Origin: Octopus bimaculoides
Lineage: Eukaryota
NCBI RefSeq assembly: GCF_001194135.2
Contig: NC_068982.1
Span: 154,072,919 to 154,136,918, forward strand
DNA: 64,000 nucleotides
Direction: 5' to 3'
A model generated the notes under the pieces. It saw only the letters and a list, made by a program, of their open reading frames with translations, was not told the DNA's origin and did no database searches. Within the stretch, counting starts at the first letter, position 1, and every line of letters starts with the position of its first letter. The position numbers and the translations under genes were made by a program. Shown in pieces: positions 1-13,744 of the stretch.

Positions 1-137
1 AACAGAGGAAATTCCACAATGATATCCAAGGACAAGGGGTGCTGTTAAACTGGGTGAAGGATTGCACATAAATAGATAAATAGCCTGTGTTTGAGTTTCC
101 TCGAATTTTCGGTTGGTCTCGGAAGATTTCGGCATCC

Positions 138-222
138 TCTCTCTCCCTCTCTCTTTCTCTCTCTCTCTCCCTCTCTCTTTCTCTCTCTCTCTCCCTCTCT
201 CTTTCTCTCTCTCTCTCCCTCT
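138..222. repeat. CT-rich compound microsatellite (about 22-bp higher-order unit)
   Basis: Repeated ctctctccctctctctttct; explains the spurious ORFs 91-276 and 113-400. Confidence 0.95.
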
Positions 223-539
223 CGAGTGTTTAAAAATCAATATAGCACTCATGTTATTCTCGCTAATATATACTGAACAAGGTAATGTATATTTATGTAA
301 TTTCATATTAGAATGTCTTTTTCCTCGATGGTACGTCAGTTTTGGAATATTCTTAATTTTTGAGATTATCTCCATTCTTATATGGTGTTCGTCACAATAA
401 TCATAAGGTATTTATTTACTCATCTCTCAAAGGGAAAATAATTATAATAAATCAAGAACATATATTTATTTCATTTGATATAACTTTATTCATCTTTATT
501 GTCCAGATTGATGCTATTGTCCGTTTTGAATTATTTCAC

Positions 540-1200
540 TAAGTTGTGTAGAGGGTTAGTAATTTAGGAGATGAACAATTTTCTAGATCGGAAGAGACAA
601 GTTAGGCTTTAAAGTGAAGTTATAGACACATTAATGATATGCTTTAGCTATGAGAGGTCCTCAGTAATATTTGGAGTAATCTCGCTACGTGCTTCTTATG
701 TTTAAAGGATATTATCTTGATATGAACAGTACTTGTATTTTCTTCATATGAGCAGTACTCAGTGTTGGTGTTTCCTTTGTTGTTCTTGAAGACAGCTTTG
801 GCACGGCCCCAATGGAGGATGCTTTTGAGAGATTTCTGTCAAGGAACTCAGTGCAAATTTTGCATCTAGTATCTAGGTTACTTGGCAATAGCTTTTGAAT
901 GGAGAAAGATAGGAAATATTGAAGTGTAATATCACCTATGTAACAGCAATCATTGCTGGATGTGACGGCATATATGTGCTTGGTGTATAGACGGAAAAGG
1001 GTTGGGGTAGAATCTAATCCTAGCGCACACCGGAGTTGAGTGGAGAACAAAGAGAGCTTCGTTAACACAGGTTGCTTAATGTGATTTGAAAGGAAGTTAT
1101 CAAGCCAAGAGATAAAAGATGCATAGAGTTTGTAAGCTGTTAGTTTTGATAAGAGATTAGCAAGTTAGTCATCGTTGTTGATGTCAAGGCCAACAATATT
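540..1200 (-). mobile_element. Degenerate CR1/L2-type LINE reverse transcriptase fragment
   Basis: Minus-strand pieces LLSKLTAYKLYASFISWLDNFLSN, TPTLFRLYTKHIYAVTSSNDCCYIGDITL (decayed PTLFLLYINDL...YADD) and ITEDLS*LKHIINV...LFRSRKLF; many stops. Confidence 0.7.
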
Positions 1201-1844
1201 GCTTCTCCCAAATATCCCCAGGATGAAACCCGCTGGTGAATGACATTGTGTAACAAAATGATGTGTATGTAATAAAATTGTGTGTGAAAATTAATTCCAT
1301 ATCTTAAGGTTGTAATTGTCAGAAGAAACACTTCACGTAGCAAATTCGTACAGCTTTTACGTTTCGCCAACTCACAGATGAAAATTGAAACCTACAAGAC
1401 CTAGTCTTGCAGTTAATAACTGTATTAACAACCTGATAATTGCAGCATTATAAAACTATAATAAGAGAACATTAATTATGTAATGTTGCTAAGGGCTATC
1501 TCATTGAAATATCTCAATTAGTGGTTTGCATTTTTTTTTCCTATTTTTTTAACCAGACATTTGCTGAGATAAATATCATTTAAAATATTTTTTTATTTTG
1601 TTTTAGTTTTATTATTTGCAGTTCAATTTTATGTTACCGAAAGCAAATTCACTTGTTTTTCTTAGATGGTCCTTTAATTCATTGCCGTTTTAAATATGCT
1701 CTATAAAGTTAAAACACTCGTCAATCAAGATCTTCAAAATATTCGGTATGTATTTTTCGATTACAGAAACAAATACAAATCAGTAGTTTAAAAACTACAT
1801 ACATCACAGACTATTATTGAAAACCTGCATTTCTTATTACTTAC

Positions 1845-1867
1845 TTAAAACTTTTGTACCAAAATGT
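1845..1867 (-). CDS. Candidate 23-nt micro-exon of an unidentified gene
   Basis: TTTTTCTTTGTAACAG|ACATTTTGGTACAAAAGTTTTAA|GTAAGT; phase 0 reads TFWYKSF. Splice signals only. Confidence 0.25.
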
Positions 1868-2164
1868 CTGTTACAAAGAAAAATATGTGCTTAGATTTAG
1901 TTTATGTCTTGCGGCTCTAAGCCAACTCGCAATGTAATTGTTAAAATTATTTCAGAAAGCTAGAAGAATGCAAGCTGGAAATAAAAGAATTAAAGCAGAT
2001 ACAAAGTAAAACAAAGCAAGGGTTAATATTTTTACTATACATTTCAACATCTTGGAGTTTCAATGCACAAACAAGTATACATGTATGTTTGCGTGTATGT
2101 ATGCATGTATGTATGTATGTATGTATGTATTATGTATGTATATATGTATGTATGCATGTATGTA

Positions 2165-2262
2165 TGTCATTATTCAGTTTTATTTCAAGATTTCTTGCCA
2201 ATAGAGAAAGATCCAAGGCTCCTTCATTGGTATTTCAACATCAACAACAAGGTATTTTTGTT
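2165..2262. repeat. Short interspersed repeat embedded in (TATG)n; second, longer copy at about 33152-33268
   Basis: tgtcattattcagttttatttcaagatttcttg...tttcaacatcaacaaca recurs at 33.15 kb, also flanked by TATG tracts. Confidence 0.85.
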
Positions 2263-2294
<32 letters not shown>

Positions 2295-2359
2295 TATATG
2301 TATGCGTGTATGTATGTATGTATGTATGCATGTATGTATGTGTGTATGTACCTACGTAG

Positions 2360-2397
<38 letters not shown>

Positions 2398-2410
2398 TNN
2401 NNNNNNNNAG

Positions 2411-2448
<38 letters not shown>

Positions 2449-4970
2449 TAAAATTAGACAACAAAGTCAAAGGTGTGTGGAATTTTCAGGACATTTATAA
2501 AGAGAAAGTTAGTCTTACAGCGGCTTCTGGGATATTAGGGATATCCCGTCATCAGGGATGATGTGAGATGATTAAATAGATTGAAATATTAGCGTTCAAT
2601 ATGAATAGTTATTTAGGAAAAGGAAGCAAATAATGATTATATAGGGAAATAGGAGAATGAATGTAGAAATAAAAAATGTATAAAGATGTTATAGTTGCAG
2701 TTCCATTATCCAAGGAAAGTGGTATGAGTGGTAGAAATGCTTCCTGTCCGTGGTATGTAAGTTCCAATAGTTCATATTTTGTCACCACAAAAACACATGT
2801 TTNNNNNNNNNNNNNNNNNNNNNNNNNNNNNNNNNNNNNNNNNNNNNNNNNNNNNNNNNNNNNNNNNNNNNNNNNNNNNNNNNNNNNNNNNNNNNNNNNN
2901 NNNNNNNNNNNNNNNNNNNNNNNNNNNNNNNNNNNNNNNNNNNNNNNNNNNNNNNNNNNNNNNNNNNNNNNNNNNNNNNNNNNNNNNNNNNNNNNNNNNN
3001 NNNNNNNNNNNNNNNNNNNNNNNNNNNNNNNNNNNNNNNNNNNNNNNNNNNNNNNNNNNNNNNNNNNNNNNNNNNNNNNNNNNNNNNNNNNNNNNNNNNN
3101 NNNNNNNNNNNNNNNNNNNNNNNNNNNNNNNNNNNNNNNNNNNNNNNNNNNNNNNNNNNNNNNNNNNNNNNNNNNNNNNNNNNNNNNNNNNNNNNNNNNN
3201 NNNNNNNNNNNNNNNNNNNNNNNNNNNNNNNNNNNNNNNNNNNNNNNNNNNNNNNNNNNNNNNNNNNNNNNNNNNNNNNNNNNNNNNNNNNNNNNNNNNN
3301 NNNNNNNNNNNNTATATATGTATGTATAATCCGACCTCCTTGTTCGGGTCCTTTCTCAACCAGCAGTAAACCTCTCTGATGGCAGTTATTTCCTTGTGTT
3401 ATTTAGTCATCTATTTTTTTCACACCTTCTTTTGTTTGCTTGATCTATATATAAACATACATATTCTTCATTTACACCAACAGTAATTCAAATTATCTGT
3501 GCCTGTATTATTAATTATATAATACCTTATTCATTATTTATGTATTTTCAATGTCCTTCGCTACTCATTCTATTCATTGTCATAAGTAACAATCACCAAC
3601 GACAATGGTCATAAAACTATAAAACGAACTAATTACATACATCCAGCGTAACAGGATAATTATACACATCAAGTGTTATCGTTAACAGACTAATTACACA
3701 CGTTCAGTATGATTGTTCTTTATTTTCCACATTTGGTGAGCAATATATTTCAAGCCTATACCAGACATAACTGGAAGAAAGTGAAATCACTTCTCTATTA
3801 AATATTTGTTTCCATTTTCATAACGATGGTGAAACTGATAACATCTGCGATAAAAACTGATGCAAAACATATCTCAGTCGTTTGTTGCAGAACGGCGAAA
3901 TAAATTAATCAAAGAAAACTAAACCGTTTCATCTACGGTGAATTTTAAAACGTACTGATCAAAATGAATGCAGCACACCACTACAAAACTCCAGAAGATA
4001 CACCAGCGACAGCAGCAGCAAGCCACTAACTGCTACGGCTACTACAACGATCAAAACCTTCTAGGCGACTGCTCAACTATTCAGAAATGGTTGACAAATC
4101 GCCTTCAAATCACAACCAATAGTTTTTTTTAAAAAAAAGGAAGTTGCACTGAAGTGTGGTAGTCCGTGATATTCAGAAAGATTTGATGGTTACGATGAAA
4201 CTCTTCTATCATAGATCTGATCAATCGGGATGGCTTGTGGCTAAATGACAAGATACAGATCTTCAAAGCATCTCCCACCACCCGCTATATTAATGGTAAT
4301 AAGTAAAGTCAACCAGCTCAACCATAAACGCAACGAGCTAAAGAGGAAACATCTACGTAGTCGCTCATTCTACTAGAAATAGTTGTCAACTCCCTCAAAC
4401 AGGACAAAATTAGCTGAGAAATAAAATCAGAAAATAAAGAAACATTAGATAATGTAAGCAGAGAGGTACTATGCCTGAATAAAATACGGAACGTTATGGA
4501 CGAAATGTCTTTAATCATAAGTCTAATTGACCAAGGCCGATTTGGAGTTAAATGCTAACATAAAACACGATTACTACTTGTAAAAATAGAATACCAGTAT
4601 CAAAGGTTGTAGAATAATGGATCGAGTGACAAAAGTCAACGAAGGTCTGTTGACTTTTGTAGAAATTGCACTGAAGAAAGAAAAGCAACACTTATCTCGC
4701 AGAAAGTTTTTAAATCCCAAGACTATGTCAATAGAGCTGATCTCTTCGGGGGTTTTCTCCATTTTTCACTACACAATGCTAGATCTTAAAGCATAAACAC
4801 TTCGAGTGTAAATTGGACCGTGCGATAAAAAGGGTTCAATAAAACTAAGCACTAGACTGAAACAGGAAGTGGGATCATTGTAATAAACTAAAACCCTTAA
4901 ACACCATCTCCAAGATTAACTGCAAGCATATGCATACATGTGTGTGTGTGCGTGTGTGTGTGTGCGTGTG

Positions 4971-5056
<86 letters not shown>

Positions 5057-5489
5057 CGTGCGTACGTGCGTGTGTGTGTGAGTGTGGTATGCATAGTGCC
5101 ATAAGGCACATAAGGTATCCTCTTCGGATACATTTTTTATGGCTAATGTTATAAACAGTTATTCTTTGATACAACCACATTATATTTAGGAATAGCTGTT
5201 TTCAATACTAGCCATGAAGGACGTTAGTCCAAAGCGGTAACGTATGGACACCTCGTTCCTCTGGTGTGTGGTGTGCCTTATGGGAAACAGTTGTGCAAGC
5301 CACCAGAAACTATTTAAAAATATCTCTTGGAAGCTTTTAATTGTAGATTACGTATACACATTGTCTAACACTATAGTTTCCATTTCAGAAACATTAGAAA
5401 AAAGAAATGCTTCATACATGCATTGTGGAAATGTTGCTTACTTTGTCGGTTGCCGGTAAAATTTTTAGAAGTCCAGCCAATGAACATAC

Positions 5490-5539
5490 CTTCTTTCGTT
5501 GAAGTATATTTATGACATCATCTAGTTGTTTAGCTATTT
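5490..5539 (-). CDS. Candidate 50-nt exon of an unidentified gene
   Basis: CTAACTTACAG acceptor with branch-point-like CTAAC, AAG|GTATGT donor; only phase 1 is open: IAKQLDDVINILQRKK. Confidence 0.35.
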
Positions 5540-5659
5540 CTGTAAGTTAGTATGGGGAATTTGCAGAGATTCTTTGTGTGTTTGCTGTAGTTTAATTATT
5601 AGTTCTACAGTGTTATCTTACCAAATTTTCATAAATTTTCTCACTTGATATTAGTTTCA

Positions 5660-6012
5660 ATTATACCGACGTCAATACTCATCTCGTACTTATTTCATCA
5701 GCCCCGAAAGAATGAAAGGCAAAGCTGACTTCGGCGGAATTTCGACTTAGAATGTAAATACGGACGAAAAGCTGCTAAGCATTTTGCCCAGCGTGCTTAT
5801 TCTGCCAGCTCGCTACCTTATTTTCTCGTATATCGGTTTCAAATTTTGGCACAGGGCCAGTAAATTCTGGGAAAGGGTTAAGTCGATTATCTTGGCCCCA
5901 GTGTTCAACTAGAACTTATTTTATCGACACTGAAAGGATAAAAGACAAAGTCGACCTCGTCGGAATTTGAATGTCTCCGCGCGTGTTAATGATCCTACCA
6001 GCTCACCGCTTT
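5660..6012 (-). mobile_element. Two adjacent decayed tRNA-derived SINE copies (family A)
   Basis: Core gaaaggcaaagtcgacctcg..ggaatttga and head ...ccagctcgc; two copies at about 5660-5820 and 5830-6012. Confidence 0.85.
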
Positions 6013-8203
6013 ATTTTCTCATATAATATTGATGATTTTTAGTACAACTAATGTAATATACAAATTTCGATGTAAACATAAAAGTTATGCTCTCCATATA
6101 CAAATCCTTGATTTTTACAAGTACGATACATTCCCATCGATTTGCCATGCTTTGAAGCAGAGTATTGCACCATATTACAATATTATGCACAAAACAAGAG
6201 TGAAAGGAAAAACATATACTAATAACACTTTCATCCTATATAAAATTCCAGTAACAACTACGGAAGCTTTATTAATTCTAAAATACGCATCAAAAATCAC
6301 TGCACGGATTCAGCACATGTGAAATAAATTATGTAACCAAGAGTAAACCCTATAACAATTTTAATCAAGTGATAATACTTTTAACAGTTACAGCATTATT
6401 CTCATAGCCCTTTGCTGTCATCTACAAAGCGCAGCAAGAAAAAGCCGATATTATCCTTCCATTCTGAAGGTGAGGTTGACAAGGTCATGGAATATTTATA
6501 GACCTAGAAACGTTATTGTTCCAAATTAGACATAAAAGATTAATAATAAAATATGACGCCTCTTAAATAAAAGAGATTAAACTCGGATGCAGTCGTGATT
6601 TCTATATAACATATTTGATAAAAATAAAAGAAAAAGTATTCTCCATATATATACAAACATAAAACTTCACTACGAAGCTGCGAAAACGAAAGGTGTACGT
6701 CAGAATTCTGGAGAAGGCTGTTCGAGCATCAAATAGACCTAGCAACGAAGGACATAAGTAAATTATTAATGAATTTTCCCCGGCTAAAAAGCAATATTGA
6801 AAAGCCAGTAGGTAACAAACCTTTATTTAATGATATTTAATTCAGTTTTGGACAATGTTCTGATTTCGCTCTTATGTCGAATGAGGAATAATAATATATG
6901 ACAGCCTAATAGACTTTATAAGCGTAAGACATTCTTACCTCCTCAAAAAGACAAATTTCACAGCACAATTTTAACCCTGATCGAATTACATTCCTCAATT
7001 TCGGTACAAACTTCTACCTTACAGAAATATCAAAACACAAAGAAAAATGAAGTGAATTACTTTATCAGTCTCTTGAGACACCTAATGATAAAAATATATC
7101 ACAAAAATTGACGACAAGCTGCCAGAATGGTCCAGGTGTGAAAGCAATAAAGAGATATAAAGAGAAAAAACAAACGTTCATATTAAGTATTTTAAACTAG
7201 ATGAGCTAGAAGTGAAAAATAACGATAAAGTTATATGTAAAAGCGATATGAGAAAATTGTTTGTGATTGTGAACAATAATGTATACATTACAAAAATCGA
7301 CAAACAGAAAATTTGTCAAAATTACGAAAGATAACGGCGCACAACTAAAAATTAAATACAACATATTCAACAACTCATATAGCATGTAAATATAACAAGA
7401 AAAACTTCAACAAACGCCCGTATATGCACGGAGATATAGCGTCTTCATAAAGATAAAATGTGCATTGTCAAATCTCTTCTAAGTTTTTAAATTTTCATCC
7501 ACTAAAGAAGCTTTAAATAAACAAACCTTAAGAGTTAAACAAACAGTTAATAACGGATACTCGAATATGTTGCTAGAGCAACCTAAAGAAGAATACAAGA
7601 GCAAATTTACTCAAGCAGATTTAATATATAGAGCATTCAGTGGAAACAAAATCTATATGTGTAGCACACGGCCTGAAACGAATGTTATTACTCCAAAATA
7701 AACATAAAAGACTTGTAAGAAAATATGAAACATTTTTAATAAAAAAAGATTAGACAGGAGCAGAACTGTGTCTTCAAACTACGCTCACATAGAGACACAC
7801 ACATATATGCACATACATATATACATACATACATACATACATACATACATACATGCATGCATGTATGCATGCATACATACATTACATGCATACATGCATA
7901 CATACATACATACATACATACATACATACATACATACATGATGGCTGCAAACTCGTGTTCGAGTATTGCCATCGCCTGTTGAAAGTCCCACACATGCGAA
8001 GGCTGCGACCAGCCATTTTTGTGATAGATCTTACTCTTTTTTTTTTTCAAGCGATGCTTGTGCATGATGATATTTTATAATGAGGAAAGGATTTGTACAA
8101 ATCCAATCCCACTCTCTGAACATTGACAACATAAACTCGAAAAGAAGAACCAGTGTATATCATTGAATATTGTCCATCACAAGTTTTCTCTCAGAGTTTC
8201 CCT

Positions 8204-8256
<53 letters not shown>

Positions 8257-8269
8257 TTCATACATACAT

Positions 8270-8316
<47 letters not shown>

Positions 8317-8516
8317 CCTATATATTTANNNNNNNNNNNNNNNNNNNNNNNNNNNNNNNNNNNNNNNNNNNNNNNNNNNNNNNNNNNNNNNNNNNNNNNN
8401 NNNNNNNNNNNNNNNNNNNNNNNNNNNNNNNNNNNNNNNNNNNNNNNNNNNNNNNNNNNNNNNNNNNNNNNNNNNNNNNNNNNNNNNNNNNNNNNNNNNN
8501 NNNNNNNNNNNNNNNN

Positions 8517-8559
<43 letters not shown>

Positions 8560-8804
8560 TGCCCCCTCTTTATCGAGTATGGCCATTGCACGAAGCTTAA
8601 GTTAACCTTGCTGTGATCGTCCGACAGACATGATTAGTATGGTGTGTAGCATCATCACCGGCGGCCTGGTAGTCAATCACCGGTCTTGCTTTATGACTAC
8701 GAAGATGACTCATCAGTCTAGCTTTACTGAGGCACGGTCTTGCACAGACACTGCATGTCAGCGTCATAGGAAAACCCTTATCATCTGGAAGTGCAACAAC
8801 AATG

Positions 8805-9125
8805 CCCTCCTTAATTTACCTTTCATCTTTTCGGGGTCTATGAAATAAGTACTAGTTACGCACTAAGGTCGACGTAATCAACTAGCCACCCCCACAAAAT
8901 TTCAGACCTTGTGCCTATAGTAGAAAGGATTATTATTATTATCGTTAGCACGCCGGGCATATTGTCCGTCATTTCGTTCTGAGGTCGACTTCATGTTAGA
9001 GTCACAGCAAGACATCCTTTCAGGGTCGATAAAATGAGCACTAGTCGAGCACTAGGGTCGATGTAATCGACTAGTCCCCGTCCCATAAATTTCAGACCTT
9101 GTGCCTATAGTAGAAAGGATTATCA
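8805..9125 (+). mobile_element. Two partial family-A SINE copies
   Basis: cctttcatcttttcggggtc...atttcagaccttgtgcctatagtagaaaggatta occurs twice. Confidence 0.85.
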
Positions 9126-9349
9126 TTGTTGTTGTTGCTGCTGCTGCTACTGCTGTTGTTGTTGTATTTGGGCTTTGCTTTAATTTGTATAAGTTGAACT
9201 CAGGTATCAACCAGGAACGTTAATGACAAGAGTTTGCATGTAAAGATAACTAACAGATGAGGTGTTATACAACCGAAAAAAATAATCATGTCCGTGGGGG
9301 AAAAACATGCTGAATGTGTAAGGTTATATTCACGTAGAGGGGAATCTAC

Positions 9350-10620
9350 GTAGAATATAGGAGCAAGATCTTTTACAATTCACTTATTTGGGGTTGCCAA
9401 GGATTTGTTTGGCATATCTGTTTGCTCGTCTTGATATCATTCCAAACACCTCAATAAAAATAGGTAATGTTGTTGCTACGAGATGTCATATTCTTCAGAT
9501 ATTTATATTTGCTCAGTTTCTCAATGTTTTCAGAGGTATGTTTTTGTCAGCTGGGGCTGCAACATCAATCAGTAGACAAGTCTTTTCAATCCCAAATTCC
9601 ATATTGATGCCATCACTAAATTGCTGTGTGAAGGTATGCCTGCAGTCACTGGTTATTTTCGCAAGCAGTTTTAAGTTATCCACATACGAAAGATGCTTAA
9701 TGGTTTTTCCATACGCTTGCGTCAATAATTTGTTTCATTCAAGATTTTACTTATCAAAACAAAATAACAAAGGAAATAATGAGTTAGTTTCCTTGAAAGA
9801 TTCTGCAGTTAATATTGACTTCTCGTGAGTTTATTTTTGTAATGTCTGTATTGAGAATTAATGTCGTCTTCCAGTTTTGTGACGAGATGCAAAATTTCAG
9901 ATTACTGGTGAAAATTTGCATGTCATCAGATATTCCTCCATTCAGTTGTGAAGAAGACTATCAAAAGCCTTTTTAATATCTGTCTAGGCCACTGAGAAAT
10001 ATTTTTCCTATTGTAACGATTGTCAATAATCATTTTGTTAATCAGCAGTTGATTCCTGCATCCATATGACCCATGTTTACAGCCATTTTGTTCATTAGAG
10101 AATGTACTATTAAGGAGGAAAGCATACGGGCGTGCCATTAGGATAAATGAAAGAATCTTGTGTATTGATGAAAGGCATGTTGTGATTCTATAGTTCTTAA
10201 GGATATATTTCATTATTTTTGTGGATCAAAAAGTAATTAACCAGCCATTCCGGTATTGTTTGTGGTTCCTTCATAATCAATTTTTAACAAGTTAGCATTT
10301 TGTATTAATTCGTAAACAGGTTAAGCCAATAGTTTAGGATCTTATCCTTTCCACGGGACTTCCATTTACTGAACTTTTTCAATGTAAGTTTGGCATCCTC
10401 TACACTGATTTCTTCCCATATTTACTGCTCTCTAAACTCACTGTTGTATTTCTTTATTAATCCATAGGGTATCACAGTATGTTCCTTTTCATTTTTCCAA
10501 GCTTTATTTCAGAATTCAAGTATTTTTGGCTCTGAGGGGACTTCTGTTTTGATGGTACTTTTTCCAATGTATCTACAGAATTTCTATAGTAATTTTTAAA
10601 CATGCTGTTATCTTTTTAGA
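9350..10620 (-). mobile_element. R4/Dong-like LINE remnant (RT plus REL-endonuclease end, internally deleted)
   Basis: IKHLSYVDNLKLLAK...QFSDGINMEFGIEK (decayed YMDDLKL) fused to LIDVAAPADKN (REL motif). Confidence 0.75.
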
Positions 10621-11159
10621 TTACGTGATTCTTTTTCTTACCACGTTGGTCTTTTATTAAGATTATTTACTTTATTTTTCAGTTTTACGCCACACATTTT
10701 AGTGAAGACTGTTGTAGCAGCATAGAGTAATTAATTCAAGGAAGAGATGTCTAGCTCATTTTCATTCATTATGGATTTAAGGGTTGTATTTACCTGACAG
10801 ATTATTTTGTCATTCGTTTTACTGTTGCGGATCTTAGGATCCACTATGTTCATTCATGTCCATATTTTGGACATTGATCAATTCAGCAACTATCTACTCT
10901 TCAAATTTTGTCAGATCTCTTGTCCTATCATTTCACTTGTCCCGTCAGATCACTTCCCCTGTCAGATTACTTGTCCTGCCAGATCACTTGTTATTTATTT
11001 CCGATGAATTTTTGATAGGCTCATTAGCATGTTCAACTGTAATGGTTTTATCTCCAGAGAAGTATTTAAGTTGTTTCTCAAATCTGATTGTGCATTTTTT
11101 TTTTATTTGGTCAATTTCGACATTACCCATCATCATCATCATCATCATCATCATAATTA

Positions 11160-11416
11160 TTATTTTGGTTTGGATCAGGTTTGGTCTTATTCCTGGTAGG
11201 ATTTATGTAGGTAGCGGGTTACTACCTGTAACCTTAGGTATCCACAAGTTTTCAGTAGTATTCCAAGTGCTTAGAACCCTCCTGATAATCCTTGCTGTCA
11301 CTGAGAGAAAAACTTTCTGTAGGAGCTCTACCCGGCATTCTATCTCAATCTCCTTCAGCCATTCGTCTATATCTTTGCTTACTGTTCCCAACGCACCAAT
11401 AATTATGGACACGAAC

Positions 11417-11478
<62 letters not shown>

Positions 11479-11650
11479 CACTTCACTTCTCTGAGCTCAC
11501 GATTTTACTTGCTCTGGCTAATTTTGTAATAGAGAACAACAACCTATTGTCAAGTGTTTCACAGGGTCCTCTTTTACGATACTTAACGTCCAAGTCTCAA
11601 AATCCTCGCTGTACCCAATAAAGCTGTTTTCTGAGCATAGTCTACGCTTG
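11160..11650 (-). mobile_element. Two 5'-truncated R4/Dong-like LINE 3' ends separated by an (ATT)n tract
   Basis: IIIGALGTVSKDIDEWLKEIEIECRVELLQK...TARIIRRVLST (about 11160-11420) and QKTALLGTARILR (about 11480-11650). Confidence 0.8.
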
Positions 11651-13157
11651 TGCGTTGCTGTTGTTGTTGTTGATNNNNNNNNNNNNNGGGGGGGTATTAT
11701 TAAATTTCACTCTCGTAATGTAATGACAATGCTTTTGCTTCTCTCTTGGAAACACGTTTTACTTCAAGCATTGCTAAATTATCTTTTTTACTTTTGAAAA
11801 AATATAATCGCCTATGGAAAACCTGCCCTCGGTAAAGAGAGTGACAACGGAAAAAAAAAGAAGTTTGTTTTACAAACTTTCAAACTTTTAATTACACTTA
11901 TTACATTCTCACATCCAAAATAGCTGCCTCGTATAATTAGGCTACAGTAATGGATAGAAAAAGCACAAAGACAAAACTAAATATGCAAGAGGAAAATAGA
12001 GTGATGAATAATTAGAAGAAAATATCACATATACTCAAAAAGGAAATTAGGAAGCCTGTTGAAGTACTAAAAACAATAACAACAGTAGCGACTCTAACAC
12101 GATTTCAAATACTGCAGACTGCTCATATTTTAACTGCGTGAAGGCAAACTTTCCTTTAATACAAAGTGAATGGAAATTTTTGATCTATCATAGCTATAAG
12201 AAAAAATATGGGTGGCAGAGTTTCTTAAAACAGAACAGTATTTTTTGCCACAAAGTGCTAATCCAGGAGAAACCAAAGACAGAAAGAAAAATTATTTACC
12301 TCTGCTTCGCATCATGCAGTATTACAAGCTCTCCAGAATTTATTGGGAGGAGTTATCTCATTAGAAATATGCAACAGTTAAGGTATTATATACTGTACCC
12401 TTAAAACTGAAGACGTGCGGAAAAAACAGGCTGAAATTATCAGATATATCTCTAACTGTATATTTATACCTCAGTACATCGCTCAAACACAAGAGTCGCA
12501 ATAGGAGACATTGGACTCGACGTTGATTGATTGAGACTTTTGCATCGCAATGTGACAGATTGCCCAAAAGATGGCCTATGATCAGAGAGCGTCATCCAAA
12601 ATTTCAGGGATTTTGTCTGCCATTTTATCTCTCGGTTTAGTTTCAGTCTGAAAATTGCTGAAAATTGCTGAAAATAGACACTGCTTTGAGTATTCATTCT
12701 TGTATAGAGTGATATGACCATCTGATCAAATGAAGGACTTATTCAAATACTCATCAGAAAAAAAAACATATTTTACACCTTTGATGGATAGTAGTGATTA
12801 CGCAATATGTTAATTATATCATCTCACCAATTACTACAGGTGTGATGATGTATGGAAACAATTGTAGTGATTTAAAATAAAGAACGTTGTTTAATCCATT
12901 TCCTCTTATTCACCTCTCTTTATAAACTCAAAAGATACAATGGAATTTCAGGTGTATATCCAGTGACAGGAATATTTTCACTGTCTGATGACATTCAGTA
13001 GTCAATACCTGTGAACGAGCTTTGCATGAGTATACTACAAGGTTTTCATCCACATTCTATCTGTCCAACTAGGTATGCACATATGTATGAACGTTTATGC
13101 ATGCATACGTGAATGAATTCATATACATATATATATGAGGGGTAAATTGTTGTGTGT

Positions 13158-13390
13158 TATTTCTTTACTACCCACAAGGGGCTACACACAGAGGGGACAA
13201 ACAAGGACAGACAAACGGATTAAGTCGATTATACCGACCCCAGTGCGTAACTGGTACTTATTTAATCGACCCCGAAAGGATGAAAGGCAAAGTCGACCTC
13301 GGCGGAATTTGAACTCAGAACGTAGCGGCAGACGAAATACCGCTAAGCATTTCGCCCGGCGTGCTAACGTTTCTGCCAGCTCGCCGCCGT
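13158..13390 (-). mobile_element. Near-intact tRNA-derived SINE (family A, long-tail variant) with 22-bp TSD
   Basis: Head GGCGGCGAGCTGGCAGAAACG (A box) and GAGTTCAAATTCC (B box); TSD tgaggggtaaattgttgtgtgt (13136-13157) / tgaggggtatattgttgtgtgt (13391-13412). Confidence 0.93.
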
Positions 13391-13697
13391 TGAGGGGTAT
13401 ATTGTTGTGTGTGCGTGTGTATGCATATATGTATGCTTATATATATATATATGTGTTCTTATATATGTGGAGGACGCGTGTGTGTGTGTGTGCATGTGTG
13501 TGCATTTGTGTGTGTGTGTATCTGCATGCCTGCAAAATTCTTAATACATCCTTCTATATATACTGTCTATATTACTCTCACTTCGTAATTTGTAAATGTT
13601 TTCCTTCGCACTTTATGGGATCTTTTCTTGCGTTTAACTTTTAGTGCGAGTTTCGTATATCTACGTCACTTCAAGCCATTGTGGAAGATTTTAAAAG

Positions 13698-13744
<47 letters not shown>

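Noticed and set aside
2358-2448. Direct repeat of aggcg(tg)n-tgaaat on both sides of a 10-N gap
   Set aside because: Typical unmerged contig overlap; assembly artefact.
7939-8030. Coding-looking stretch after (TACA)n (DGCKLVFEYCHRLLK...)
   Set aside because: Resembles the start of the interspersed repeat at about 8553-8800 and lacks splice sites.
2063-8616. Many 60-290 aa ORFs of the MYVC/THTH/YIYI/poly-X type here and at 22955-25997, 35886-39310 and 58320-59100
   Set aside because: They are translations of (TATG)n, (CA)n, (TA)n tracts or run through N gaps; no coding signal.
12464-12721. Minus-strand ORF with Ig-like PSFGQSVTLRC and triple tandem acceptors
   Set aside because: No second Cys/Trp of an Ig fold, weak donor, and no consistent downstream phase partner.
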